Assembly: GCA_951406725.2 (NCBI GenBank)
Contig: OX597818.1
Coordinates: forward strand, 87,606,001 to 87,670,000
Length of the DNA stretch: 64,000 bases
Origin: Octopus vulgaris
Taxonomy: Eukaryota
Reading direction: 5' to 3'
Position 1 is the first letter of the stretch. Every line of letters begins with the position of its first letter. Under the pieces are notes generated by a model. It worked only from the letters and a program-made list of their open reading frames with translations, ran no database searches and had not been told where the DNA came from. The translations under genes and the position numbers were made by a program. Of the stretch, positions 41,225 to 53,640 are shown in pieces.

Positions 41225-41480
41225 TCAGAAGAGTTTAGTCTATGCATTCGTGTCCCTATGAATGTTTCTTTTTTGAGGCTGCTTCTTCATGAAATAAGAG
41301 GAGCGACTGCCTTCTCCTTCCTAAAAACGATGGTGGTCAAACTGTTCGAACTTATAGAGAAGCCTGTTTAGCCTTGAATTTGATGACAATCAGTGGGATA
41401 GAACCGTGGCTGAGGCTTCAGTGTCACGCACACCTATTTCTTTGAGAGATCTTTTGTCTTTTTTTTCGGCATATTTGGCA
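41225..41480 (+). pseudogene. Helitron Rep/helicase fragment
   Basis: Across frameshifts: LRLLLHEIRGATAFSFLKT..GQTVRTYREACLALNL..DDNQWDRTVAEASVSRTPISLRDL, the typical Helitron inter-domain motif. Confidence 0.8.
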
Positions 41481-41649
41481 TTAGAATTTTTCTTTTGCCC
41501 TTATCTTGTAAACTATTTATAAATTTAACCTTTAAAGATATTTTTTGATATGCTGGCCATTGATAAATTTTTTTCCCGAAAACAATTTTATCCTACATTA
41601 GTTATATATATATATATATTAGAAAAAATGAGGTAATCAGATCGGATGG

Positions 41650-41697
<48 letters not shown>

Positions 41698-41699
41698 CA

Positions 41700-41918
41700 T
41701 ATGTTTGTGTGTCTGTGTTTGTCCCCCCAACATCACTTGACAACCGATGCTGGTGGGTTTACGTCCCCGTAACTTAACGGTTCGGGAAAAGAAGTCGATA
41801 GAATAAGTACTAGGCTTACAAAGAATAAGTCCTGGCGTCGATTTGCTCGACTAAAAGCGGTACTCCAGCATGACCACAGTCAAATGACTGAAACAAATAA
41901 AAAAGTAAGAGTAAAAGA
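41700..41918 (+). mobile_element. SINE family B, 3' half
   Basis: Matches the 3' half of the 49476 copy. Confidence 0.88.
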
Positions 41919-42045
41919 GAAGCTGTTAACAGAATACTGCAGGATATATATATATAACCCTTTGACTGCTATTTCTAAATTCGGTATGTGGTAAGGCAAT
42001 TCGTTGCTGAACCCTTATTGCTTAGTATATATATATATATATATC

Positions 42046-42432
42046 TTTCTCTTTCTCTTTTACTTGTTTCAGTCATTTGACTGCGGCCATGCTTGAGCAC
42101 CGCCTTTAGTCGAGCAAATCGACCCCGGGACTTATTCTTTGTAAGCCCAGTACTTATTCTATCGGTCTCTTTTGCGGAACCGCTAAGTGACGGGGACGTA
42201 AACACACCAGCATCGGTTGTCAAGCAATGCTAGGGGGACAAACACACACACACACATATATATATACATATATACGACAGGCTTCTTTCAGTTTCCGTCA
42301 ACCAAATCCACTCACAAGGCTTTGGTCGGCCCGGGGCTATAGCAGAAGACACTTGCCCAAGATGTCACGCAGTGGGACTGAACCCGGAACCATGTGGTTG
42401 GTTAGCAAGCTACTTACCAGACAGCCACTCCA
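42046..42432 (-). mobile_element. SINE family B, near full length
   Basis: Reverse complement of the 49476 copy from head to tail. Confidence 0.92.
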
Positions 42433-42895
42433 TACACATACATATATTCAGTTCACATTGTATGGATTTAGCTAATCCCGTCGTACTCATAAAAATTTTG
42501 ATGTATCAGGCTACGAATCACACACGCACACACATACCCTCCCCTCCACACATGCGTTTTGTTCATGTTTGAATATGTGCGTATATTTGTGGAACTTCAC
42601 TGATTTTTGTCTCCATACTTGGTCATGGAGTCGTAAGCTTATAAGATGCATGTTTTTTTTCTGTGATGTTATGAATATGTGGTGTGTGTGTGTTCGTGTG
42701 TGTTGTGAGGGGATTTAGCATAATTATCGTATAAGCCTCCATATCTGAAAGTTTCTCAAACTCATTGATACCCACTATCCAAACTCACGTAACTACCAAA
42801 AGATCATCAATTGAAATATAGTTAAAATTAGCTATAGTAGCTTTCCTAACTGACGATCAACATTCTCAAGTGGTACGCTTGAACAATAGTGAATA

Positions 42896-44187
42896 CGAGG
42901 GACGTTCAATAAGTAATGCCTCTGACCCACTTGCAGTTGTTTGATCTAGCTGTAATTTTGCATGTGCAATTATTTATATCTCTATAGAGTAAGTGGCAAA
43001 TTACAGCACTGAATTAATTGTGGTTTCTGATTTACAGGTGTTTGAACCGAATCAAGTGTTAAATGGAGCCTGTTGAGTGTCGAGCAGTGATCCGGTTTTT
43101 GTATTTGAAAGGACGCACACCACGGGAGACTTTTGATGAAATGAAAGTAACTTATGGTGATGATGCCCCATCATATGACCTTGTAAAACGCTGGCATCGT
43201 GAATTCAAACATGGTCGGAACTCTGTGGAAACAGCTCCCAGATCTGGTTGCCCCCTTCTGCCATTGATGAGGCATCTGTCCGTCAAGTTGAGGCTGCCAT
43301 TTTGGAAGATCGACGCATAGCTATTCGCCAAATAGCCCATGAGGTCAATATTAGTACCGGGTCTGTGGAAACTATCATTCATGACCATTTGCATATGAAA
43401 AAGGTATCTGCCAGATGGATTCCCAGGTTGCTCACGCCTTTCCAGAAGCAAGAACGCGTCGAGTGCTCGAGGGTGAATTTGGAGATGTGCCAAGAAGATG
43501 AGTCAAAATTTTTCAAAAGACTGATTACACAGGATGAAACCTGGGTCCATCACGATGATCCAGAGACCAAAGCCCAGTCAATGCAGTGGAAGCACCGTGA
43601 CTCACAACCTCCAAAGAAGGCAAGGGTGCAGCCCTCCGCTGGCAAGGTCATGCTCACAGTCTTCTGGGACCAGGACGGAGTAGTGATGACAGATTTCCTG
43701 GCAAAGGGTACCACAATTGCAGGAGCCTATTATGCTTCACTTTTGAGGAAATTAAGAGAAGCTATCAAAATCAAGAGGCGGGGCAAGATCAGCTAAGGCA
43801 TCCTCCTCCTGCAGGACAACGCTCCAGTCCACAACTAGCTTGTCGCCAGATCAGAAGCACAGGCGTATGGCTATGAACTCCTCCCCCCAATCCCCTACTT
43901 TCTTGACCTTGCACCCTCTGATTTTCACCTCTTCCCAATCATGAAGTTGTTTTTGAAAGGAAAGCGTTTCCCAGATGATGCAGCTTTGATTTCTGAAGTC
44001 GCGTTCAGGTTGGAGGACCAAGCTGGGGTCTTCTATAAAAACGGTCTCCAGAGCTGCATCAAACAATGGGAGAAATGCGTAACTCTGGGTGGTTCCTATG
44101 TAGAAAAAGACTAATAACTGTGCCAAGTTTCGTTGCTCTACTGCTATGGGAAGTGGGTCAGGGGCATTACTTATTGAACGCCCCTCG
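42896..44187 (+). mobile_element. Full-length mariner (DD34D) copy, same family as 23960-25219, defective
   Basis: TIRs and TA TSD. ORF starts 43063 (MEPVECRAVIRFLYLKG), frameshift near 43250, ITQDETWVH, stop codons near 43794 and 43836. Confidence 0.96.
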
Positions 44188-44573
44188 TATCTCTTCAAAT
44201 AAAACCATTGGTTGCCTTCTTAAACTACAAATATATATTTACCTACTAATGTGGTTTTGAGCACTCATTATCAGTGCTCGATGTTGGCATATGTGTGTGT
44301 GTGCATGTGTGTCTATGTGTGTGCGTGCATGAGTTTGAGTGTGTGTTTGTGTGTGTGTATGTGTGTGTGTATGTGTGTGTGTGTGTGTGTGTGCGCGTGT
44401 GTGTGTGTGCTTGTGATATACCATGTCAAGCTGAAGTTACCTGAGAATTACATTAAGGGTATGTACGGCTGTGGAATATTCAGCCGCCTCCTAGTTACAT
44501 CAGAAGCAGGTAATTCAGTCGATCTAACAAGTGAATCCTCGTCGTCGAACGACGTAGATCCACCACCAGTGCA

Positions 44574-44610
<37 letters not shown>

Positions 44611-44833
44611 TGTGTGCGTGTGAGGGGTGTATTGGCGAACGTTTGTGTTTTTACTAACGGAAAACAAGTATTCGATACTGCTACAAAGTAGTGATGGATC
44701 TTTTATTTATTTTTTGTTAGGGGGAGTGAGGTCAGGACGGATTGACTGACATGTATGTTGATTGACAAATACACATAGATCGATACATATGTATATCTAT
44801 GTACTTATACATACACACATACATTCATACATA

Positions 44834-44866
<33 letters not shown>

Positions 44867-45122
44867 AATATATATACATGTATATTTATATACATATACA
44901 TATGTATCTATATCTATATATAACTAGATATATCGATGGCTAGATAAACATGTAGATAAGCAAAAAAAAAAAGAAGAAAGAAAACATGTAGAAATAGACA
45001 AGCATACATGTGCGTGGGTGCATACACACACAAAAAAAAACATAGAAAGTGAAAGATATAAACCGAGGAACAACGTTGAGACACTCGAATGCTGAGATTC
45101 ACAATCTCGCACACACACACAA

Positions 45123-45166
<44 letters not shown>

Positions 45167-45359
45167 ACACGCCATCATATCCCCCCCCTCAAAGTCTATT
45201 ATTCTGTTGAAACAATCGATTCTTAAGAAAATATTTTAGAAGCCAACTTTCAAGAAAGGAAAAAAAAAGACCAAAAAAAACCCCACAAAGAACTCAGGAG
45301 AAAACAACAAAACATATTTTGATAAAATTTTGTCATTGCATATTATTGCATGTTGAACT

Positions 45360-45388
45360 TTCTCATATTATTATTATTATCATTATTA

Positions 45389-45446
<58 letters not shown>

Positions 45447-45518
45447 TACTATTATTATTATTATCATTATTATTATTATTACTATTATTATTGTTATTAT
45501 TATTATTATTACTATTAC

Positions 45519-45555
<37 letters not shown>

Positions 45556-46689
45556 GTTGTTGTTGTTGTTGTTGTTTTAATTGTTGTGTGTTGTTATTGT
45601 TTATATGCCCGTTGTCGTATTCTCTATATTCTCCATTATTGCACTGTATAAGTGGTTCCTGCCAATGTTGTTGTGTTTATGGCTGTTGTTGTTGTTGTTG
45701 ATGTTATTCTTGTTATTGTTGTGTTTTGCACATTGCTGTTGTCTTTCTGTATTTTGTTGACATCACCGTTCGTTATGTTTCCTATCGTTGTTGTTGTTGT
45801 TACTGTAGTGGTGCTGGTGGTTGTGGCGGCAGCGGTGGTTTTACTTGTTATTATTGTTGTTGTTGCAGTATCAGGGGTTGTTTAAAAATGTTGCTGTTGT
45901 AGTAATTATTGCCGTTTATGTTGTTGTTGTTGGTGGTGGTGTTCGTGTTCGCGGTTTTGGGTTTTGGGTTTTTTTTTCTTTTTGTTAATGTTATCATTTC
46001 TGCTGCTGCTACAGCAGTAGTAGCAAGTGGTGTTGGTGGTTGTGGTGGTGGTACATGTGATGGTGGTAGTAACACTTGTTGTAAGTTAGTTTTCTTTATT
46101 TCAGTGGTGGTGGTAGTGATCATGGTTGAAGTGGTGGTAGTGGTGGTGTTGGTGGTACGTGTGGTGGTGGTAGTAGTAGCTGTTACTGCTGTTTTGGCTG
46201 ATCTCAGTGGTAGTGATGGTGGTAGTAGTGGTGATGGTATTCCTGGTGGTCTTGGTGCTGGTTGTGCCGGTGATGTTAGTGGTGGTGGTGGTGGTGGTGG
46301 TGGCGTTGTTGGTGGTGGTGGTAGTGATGGTGATTGTGGTGGTGGTGATGGTGGTGTTGGTGGTGATGTTGGTGGTATTGGTGGTGTTGGTGGTTTTGGT
46401 GGTAGTGTTGGTGGTGTTGATGGTGGTGTTGGTGGTGGTGTTGTTGGTATTGGTTGTGGCGGTGGTGTTGGTGGTGGTGGTGCTGGCGTTGTTGTTAGTG
46501 GTGGTGGTGGTGGTAGTGATGATGGTGGTGTTGGTGATGTTGATGGTGGTGGTATTGATGTTGGTGGTGTTAGTAGTAGTGGTGATGGTGGTGGTGGTGT
46601 TGGTGTTGGTTGTGGCGGTGGTGTTGCAGTTGGTGATAGTGGTGGTAGTAGTGTTGGTAGCGTTGGTGGTGGTGGTGGTACTTGTGATG

Positions 46690-46727
<38 letters not shown>

Positions 46728-48720
46728 TGTTGTTATTGTTGTCTTGATGTAATTTTCGCTCTGTTGTACTTACTGTTGTTGGTAGTGGTTTTAGTTTGAA
46801 ATAAAATTTTCTGGAAATTTCGTATGAGTCGACATAAACGATACCAGAGAAAGAGCGATAGAGAGAGAAAGAGAAACAAAGAGAGGGAGAGAGAAAGGAA
46901 GAGAGTGAGAGAGAGAGGGGGAGTCAGACGCGATGCAAAAAGAGTGGGAGACAGAGAAAATGAGAGAAAGTGAGAAAGACTGTGAGAGAAAGAGAAAGAA
47001 CGACTCTGTGTAAGTGAGAGAGGGTGAGAAAGAGAGAAAGAGAGAAGGAGAGAAAGAGAGAGATGCAGTGAGAGAAAAGAGAAAAGGTAAGGTAGTGAGA
47101 GAGAGAAAGCTTGAGGGCAATAAAGAAAGAAAGCGACACAGGCAGTAAGAGGAAGAGAAAAGGTGAGTCAGTGAGACAGAGAGTGAGGAGGAGAGACAGA
47201 GATATTGAAAGAAAGAGATATTGAGAGAAAGAGAGAGAAAGAAAGAAAGAAAGAAAGATAGAAAGAGAGAGAGAGAGGGGGTAGGAAATGAGTAAGAGAG
47301 AGAGAGAGAATGTCAGTGAATATGGAAAACGTTGTCAAGTACTGGCATCTCTCCGAAGCCAAGTTAATCTTTTGTGATGAGGTGAAATAAAACCTTGATC
47401 CACCTTCATCCAATCGCAGGACCTGTTCATTCCATCCCCTTCGTCAACGTTGGAACCATCGCCTCCATCGCCTCCATCTCACCATATTGCTGTTTATTTT
47501 AGTTGTTGTTGTTCTCTCTTCATAGGATATATAATTGGAGGTTAGGATTATGGTAGTGGTATTAAAAGTGGGTTGTCAGTGGTGGGTTTACTGGTGTTGG
47601 TGATGGTAGCGGTGGTAGTGGTGATTTTGGTTGTGGTGATGGTAGTGGTGGTTTTGGTGGTGGAGGAGGTGGTAGTTTCGGTGATGGAGATGGTGGCGGT
47701 AGTGGTGGTGGTATTGGTGGTGGTAGTGGTGGTGGCGGAGGTGGTAGTTGTGTTTGGGGCCACCTGTGGTGTTGGTGACAATGATAGTGTTGCTCGCTGG
47801 TAGTATCGATGGTAACATTAGTGGTGGTGGCCGTGGTGGTGGAGGAGGTGGTGCTGATGGTAGTGATGGTTGTGTCGGGGCCGTCTAATATGTGGGTGGT
47901 AATGGTGGTATCTGCTGTGTGGGTGGTAATGGTGCCGTCTAATGTGTGGGTGGTATTGGTGGTGATGGTAGTGGTGGTAGTGGTTGGTTTTGGTGGAGTC
48001 GGTAGTGGTACTGGTGGTTTTGGTGGTGGTGGTAGTGGTGATTTTGGTGGGGCTGGTGGTAGTTATGTCGGGGCCGCCTGTAGTGTTGGTGGCAATGGTG
48101 GTGTCGCTCCTTAGTAGTGTCGATGGTAATATTGGTGGTGGTAGTGGTGGCGGCGGCGGTGGTGGTGGTGACGGCAGTGGTGGTGGCGGCGAAGGTGGTG
48201 GTAGTGGTAATGGTGTGCCTGGTGGTTGTCGTGTTGGTAGTAGTAGAGGTCATGGTGATGCTATTGATAGTGTTGGTGGCAGTGCTAGCGATGTTGTCGA
48301 AGATGACGTTGGTAGATGTGTTGATGGTGGTGGTGTTGTTGGTGTTTGTAGTGGTGCTGACGATGGTGTTGTTGATAATGGGTGCGGCAGTAGTAGTGCT
48401 AGTGATGGCGGTGGTGGTGGATTTAGCAATGGTAGATGTAATAGTGATGGTGATGTTGGTGACAATGTCAGTGGTAATGGTTGTGATGGGAAATAATGCT
48501 TACGATTGGTAGTAATGGAGGTAGTGGAGATGGTATCAGAGGTGTTGGTGGTAGTTTTGGTGGTAGTAGTAATGATGGTGATATGTTGTTAGTTTTGGTG
48601 ATGGTGGTGGTAGTGTTTGCAGTGGTGTTTATGGTGGTGGTAGTGAAGGTGATGTTTGTGGTGGTGGTAGTGACGGAATTGAAGGTAATGTTGTTGCTGA
48701 TGGTATAATTGCTATTGTTT
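45360..48720. repeat. (ATT)n, (GTT)n, (GGT)n and (GA)n low-complexity blocks
   Basis: Directly visible. Unique island at ~47310-47540. Confidence 0.9.
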
Positions 48721-48792
48721 AAGCTGCAGGTCAATCCTTATTGAACAAAGCCTACGATTAAAGGATTTCCAACTGTGACCATTCCGACATTA

Positions 48793-49320
48793 TACAGGGT
48801 GTTCGAGCTACATTTGACAGCTTGCATAAAAAGAAGAGAAAGCACAACATCCCATCCAAAAATAAAAGTATTTAAAAAAAATATCAGCTAGATTATGGCT
48901 GGTAGATAACAGTTTACTAAAAATGGCCGCTCTCAGCTTCAACCATGATGTCAAGACGGCTCCGGAACCTAGTGCAAACGTTCTTCACTCTATCTTTGGG
49001 AAGATCTTCGAACACCTCCTTGAGTTTGGCTACCGGATCATCCTTGGCGTTGAAGGCACGGTGGTTGGTGTCTTTTTTTTTAGCTGCGCCCATACGTAGA
49101 AAGTGGGATTACAGACAGGGGTTTTTCAGGAGGCCAGAAACGGGCTGGTGGAGTGGTAAAAATTCTCTGACAATCACTTCTGACTCTTTCCAGAGGTATG
49201 GCAAAGAGCTGAATCCTGCTATTCCACATGGCCTTCTAGAAGCAACCCTTACCAACCAAGATTTGACCAGTCGCCATCAGCTTTACGTAGCCGTCTGAAT
49301 TGAGCCTAAGACTCAGTTCA
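48793..49320 (-). mobile_element. Internally deleted Tc1/mariner-superfamily relic (maT/DD37D-like C-terminus)
   Basis: tacagggtgttcg terminus. Minus strand gives WPP..P..NP..FYVW....KDTNHRAFNAKDDPVAKLKEVFEDLPKDRVKNVCTRFRSRLDIMVEAESGHF. Confidence 0.7.
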
Positions 49321-49475
49321 AAGACGTTGTGTCTTTTCCTCTTAGCTGCGGCTTTGTAGTTATTGCAGCTATCACTGTAACGTCTTACAGCCTTTGCGGT
49401 GTTGAGAGAACACTGAGTAACTGTCATGGTTATCGGCATTTTTATACCCGGATACAGGTAACTCTTTTCCATTAT

Positions 49476-49638
49476 AGGCGTAGGAGTGGCTGTGTGGTAA
49501 GTAGTTTGCTTACCAACCACATGGTTCCAGGTTCAGTCCCACTGCGTGGCACTTTGGGCAAGTGTCTTCTACTATAGCCTCGGGCCGACCAAAGCCTTGT
49601 GAGTGGATTTGGTAGACGGAAACTGAAAGAAGCCCGTC

Positions 49639-49717
<79 letters not shown>

Positions 49718-49931
49718 TTTGTGTATCGGTGTTTGTCCCCCCCAACATCGCTTGACAACTGATGGTGGTGTGTTTGCGTCCCCATAACTTAGCGGTTCGG
49801 CAAAAAGAAACCGATAGACTAAGTACTAGGCTTACAAAGAATAATCCTGGGGTCGATTTGCTCGACTAAAGGCGGTGCTCCAGCATGGCCACAGTCAAAT
49901 GACTGAATCAAGTAAAAGAGTAAAAGAGTAA
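49476..49931 (+). mobile_element. SINE family B (octopus OR-like, CORE-like domain), full length
   Basis: tRNA-like head (A box tggctgtgtggtaa, B box ggttcagtccc), CORE-like gtggcac(c/t)ttgggcaagtgtcttc, internal (TA)n(TG)n, tail ending (taaaagag)n. Confidence 0.93.
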
Positions 49932-50090
49932 AGTAATACTCAGATGGCTTTCAGTTCTCCGTGTCGGCTAATTTTTCTTTAACAACCTCAATCTTTATGT
50001 TTTCCAACGCCGTTGATTGACTCCTCACCAATACATCAAGTTGTTCCTAAAAAAAAAAAGTGATATAAAATTCGTCAAATTCATCACGAG

Positions 50091-50387
50091 TTCCTTCTCG
50101 AGCCATGCTTGGCTCATAAGGGCCGGTTTTCCCGGTTTCATTGACGTATAGGTTCCCCATCTGGACGGGACACCGGTCCGTCGCAGGTGAGCTGAAAGAT
50201 GCAGGAGGAAAGAGTGAGAGGAAGTTGTGGCGAAAGAGTCAGCAGAATTTCGCCATTACCTTCTGCCGGAGCCGCGTGGGGCTTAGGTGTTTCGCTCATA
50301 AACACACACATTGCCCGGTCTCAGATTTGAACCCACGATCCTTCGACCGCCTGTCCGCTGCTCTAACACTAAGCCATGTGCCTCCAC
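50091..50387 (-). mobile_element. tRNA-derived SINE family C (V-SINE-like), full length
   Basis: Head gtggaggcacatggcttagtgttagagc...gggttcaaatc; V-domain-like gtgtttatgagcgaaacacctaagc; tail cctgcgacggaccggtgtcccgtccag...gaaaccggga...atgagcc. Confidence 0.8.
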
Positions 50388-50679
50388 CCTGTATTTTAAG
50401 GGGTGTGGGCCTACATTTATGTGTCCTTATACAGAAGAGTGGGATTTGAAAGAAATTTAGTTGTTATTACTATTTAGTAGCTCGACTTTAAAACACTAGC
50501 CCAAGGTGTAGCGCAGGAGAAACGAACCCGAAACCACATTGCAGCGAAGCGAACTTCGTGAACACCGCAGCCATTTTCTGTAGTCACGACAGGCATGCCT
50601 TCCACCGTACATCTGTTCAATCCGAAATGACTAAGGACTAAACAACAACAACAACAACAACAGCAGCAGCAGCAGCAGC

Positions 50680-50714
<35 letters not shown>

Positions 50715-50999
50715 CGGCAGCAGCAGCAGCAGCAACAACAAGGCATCCATCCTCCAGCCATCAACATCATATCTCACGAAAAACAATTGATGCATTCTAA
50801 TGAGTTTAAACACACACAAACACACACACACACGTACGCAGTTCGCACACGCGCGCGCACATAACGCATACGCGCGCACGCTCCACTCGGCAATAAAATC
50901 TTGCTTCCCGCTACTTATTTACATATAGACAAACACCACATTCTCCTTCCATATTTCTATTAACTGCAATCGAATTAAACTGTATCAACATGTCTGATT

Positions 51000-52957
51000 A
51001 TACCCCCTTCTCCTTCCCCTCCTCCTTCCTCTCCATCATCTCCATCTTCTATTTATTCTTCTCACTCATCTTTATGTTTTCTTCTTTTTTCTCTTCATTT
51101 CATTTTCCTTTCTTTCTTACTGTCTGTCTCTTCTTCTTCTTTTTCTTCTTCTTCTTCTTCTTCTTCTTCTTCTTCTTCTTCTTCTTCTTCTTCTTCTTCT
51201 TCTTCTTTATCCTTTTTCTCCTTTCACCTACTGCTCGTTCTCATATGTTTCTACTCCATCTTTTTCCTCTTCTTATTCCTTCTTCTTCATCTTATTCTTG
51301 TTCTTTTCTTTTTCCCCTTTTTGTTCTTTTCCTTCCCCTTTTTTCTCTTTCCCCTCCTATTTCTTCGTTTTGTCGCCTTTTTTCTTCCCCTCTTCTGCTT
51401 GTCCCACTTTCACTTTTCTGCTACATTTCTTCACTTTTGCTTTGTTTCTTTCTTTCTTTTTCTTCTCATTCTCTTCCTTCCTTTTCTTTTACTCATCTTC
51501 TTCTTCTTCTCATTCTTCTTCTTCTTCTTCTTCTTCTTCTTCTTCTTCTTCTTCTTCTTCTTCTTCTTCTTCTTCTTCTTCTTCTTTATCCTTTTTCTCC
51601 TTTCACCTACTGCTCGTCTTCGTATGTTTCTCCTCCATCTTTTTCCTCTTCTTATTCCTTCTTCATCTTATTCTTGTTCTTCTTTTCATGTTGTTCCTCC
51701 TTTTTGGTCTTTTCGTTCCCTTTTCTTTTTATCTTTCATTTCCTTTCCTATTTCTTCGTTTTGTTGCCTTTTTTCTTCCCCTCTTCTGCGTGTCCCACTT
51801 TCACTTTCCTGCTACATTTCTTCACTTTTGTTTTCTTTCTTTTTCTTCTCATTCTTTTCTTCCTTCGTTTTGCTTTACTCTTCTTCTTCTTCTTCTTCTT
51901 CTTCTTCTTCTTCTTCTTCTTCTTCTTCTTCTTCTTCTTCTTCTTCTTCTTCTTCTTCTTTATCCTTTTTCTCCTTTCACCTACTGCTCGTCCTCGCATG
52001 TTTCTACTCCATCGTTTTCCTCTTCTTATTCCATCTTCTTATTTTTGTTCTTCTTCATGTTCTTTTTCTCCTTTTTGTTCTTTTCCTTCCCCTTTTTTTT
52101 CCCTTTCATTTCCTTTCCTATTTCTTCGTTTTGTCGCCTTTTCTTCCTCTCTTCTGCTTGTCCCACTTTCACTTACCTGCTTCTTCTTCACTTTTTCTTT
52201 CTTTGTTTCTTTGTTTGTTCCTTTTTCTTCTCATTCTTCTTTTCCTTCCTTTTCTTTTACTCTTCTTCGTCTTCTTCTTCTTCTTATTCCTTTCTCTCCT
52301 TTCACTTAATGCTCGTCCTCGTATGTTTCTCCTCCATCTTTTTCCTCTTTTTATTCCTTCTTCTTCATCTTATTCTTGTTCTTCTTTTCATGTTGTTTCT
52401 CCTTTTTGTTCTTTTCTTTCCCCTTTCTTTTTCTCCTTCTTTTCTGCTCCTATTTCATTTTATCGCCTTTTTTCTTCCTCTCTTCTGCTTGTCCCATTTT
52501 CACTTTTCTGCTTCTTCACTTTTTCTTTCGCTTTCCTGCACTTTTTCTTTCTTTGTTTCTTTTACTCTCCTTCTTCCTCTTCTTCATCCTTTCTCTCCTT
52601 TCACCTACTGCTCGTCCTCGTATGTTTCTCCTTCATCTTTTTCCTCTTCTTATTCCTTCTTCTTCCTCTTCTTCTTGTTCTCCTTTTCATGTTGTTTCTC
52701 CTTTTTGTTCTTTTCCTTCCCCTTTCTTTTTCTCCTTCTTTTCTGCTCCTATTTCTTCATTTTGCCGCCTTTTTTCTTCCTCTCTTACGTTTTCTTCTGT
52801 TTGTCCCACTTTCACTTTCCTGCTACTTTTCTTCATTTCTTTCTTTTTTCTTTCTTTTTCTTCTCTTCCTTCGTTTTCTTCCTCTCTTCCTTCATTTCTT
52901 CTTCTCTTCCGTCGTTTTCTTCTCTTCTTTCGTTTTCTTCTACTTCTCTTCCTCCTC

Positions 52958-53000
<43 letters not shown>

Positions 53001-53130
53001 TTCTTCTTCTCCTCCTCCTCCTCCTCCTCCTCCTCCTCCTCCTCCTTCTTCTTCTTCTTCTTCTTCTTCTTCTTCTCCTTCTTCTCTTTCTTTTTCTTCT
53101 TCTTCTCCTCCACTTCCTCATTCTCCTCTA
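51000..53130. repeat. Polypyrimidine tandem array, five units of ~300-380 bp
   Basis: Anchor ttcacctactgctcgt (one variant) recurs near 51223, 51602, 51975, 52301 and 52600, with variable (TTC)n tracts. Confidence 0.9.
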
Positions 53131-53582
53131 TAGGAGGAGGAGACTATATATGAATAATATATAACTCATTGATTAATTTTTCTATACGCTAGGCCACTGG
53201 TAGTAAAAATTTCTAAAACCTTTATTACCCTAATATTATTAATTATGTAGAACGTTTTCTGGAAGATTTGTTCGAAGAAATTGCCGGCATTCTGTTGCTG
53301 CCAACAAAAACTGCGCTTGCGCGGTGGATTTGAATAAATTAAAATGTATAAACAAGAAGCACATGCTGGATTGGCCTCGTGTTTATATGTTTAATCTTAG
53401 CGTACCTGTTGACGAAGACTTCGCCTAGCAAATTATTTTATTTGCTAAAATAATTTAGAAACCATGGTCCAGGAAATAGATGGTAAATGTTTTTACTTTT
53501 CATTCCCTTCGAGAATTTATCCCTAATTAGTGGTTTGGACCTTAACTGTTCCTTCTAGCGTAATGTGTTTAAATGTACATTG

Positions 53583-53636
<54 letters not shown>

Positions 53637-53640
<4 letters not shown>

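Noticed and set aside
47320-47392. Short ORF MENVVKYWHLSEAKLIFCDEVK in a unique island
   Set aside because: Only 22 codons with no recognisable motif or splice support.
45909-48512. Glycine-rich or valine-rich ORFs resembling structural proteins (also 1780-2223)
   Set aside because: They derive from (GGT)n repeats and overlapping frames are equally open. A glycine-rich protein cannot be excluded but has no support.
50990-53164. ORFs of 439, 610 and 611 aa
   Set aside because: All three frames are open because the strand is almost purine-free; the F/S/L composition is an artefact.
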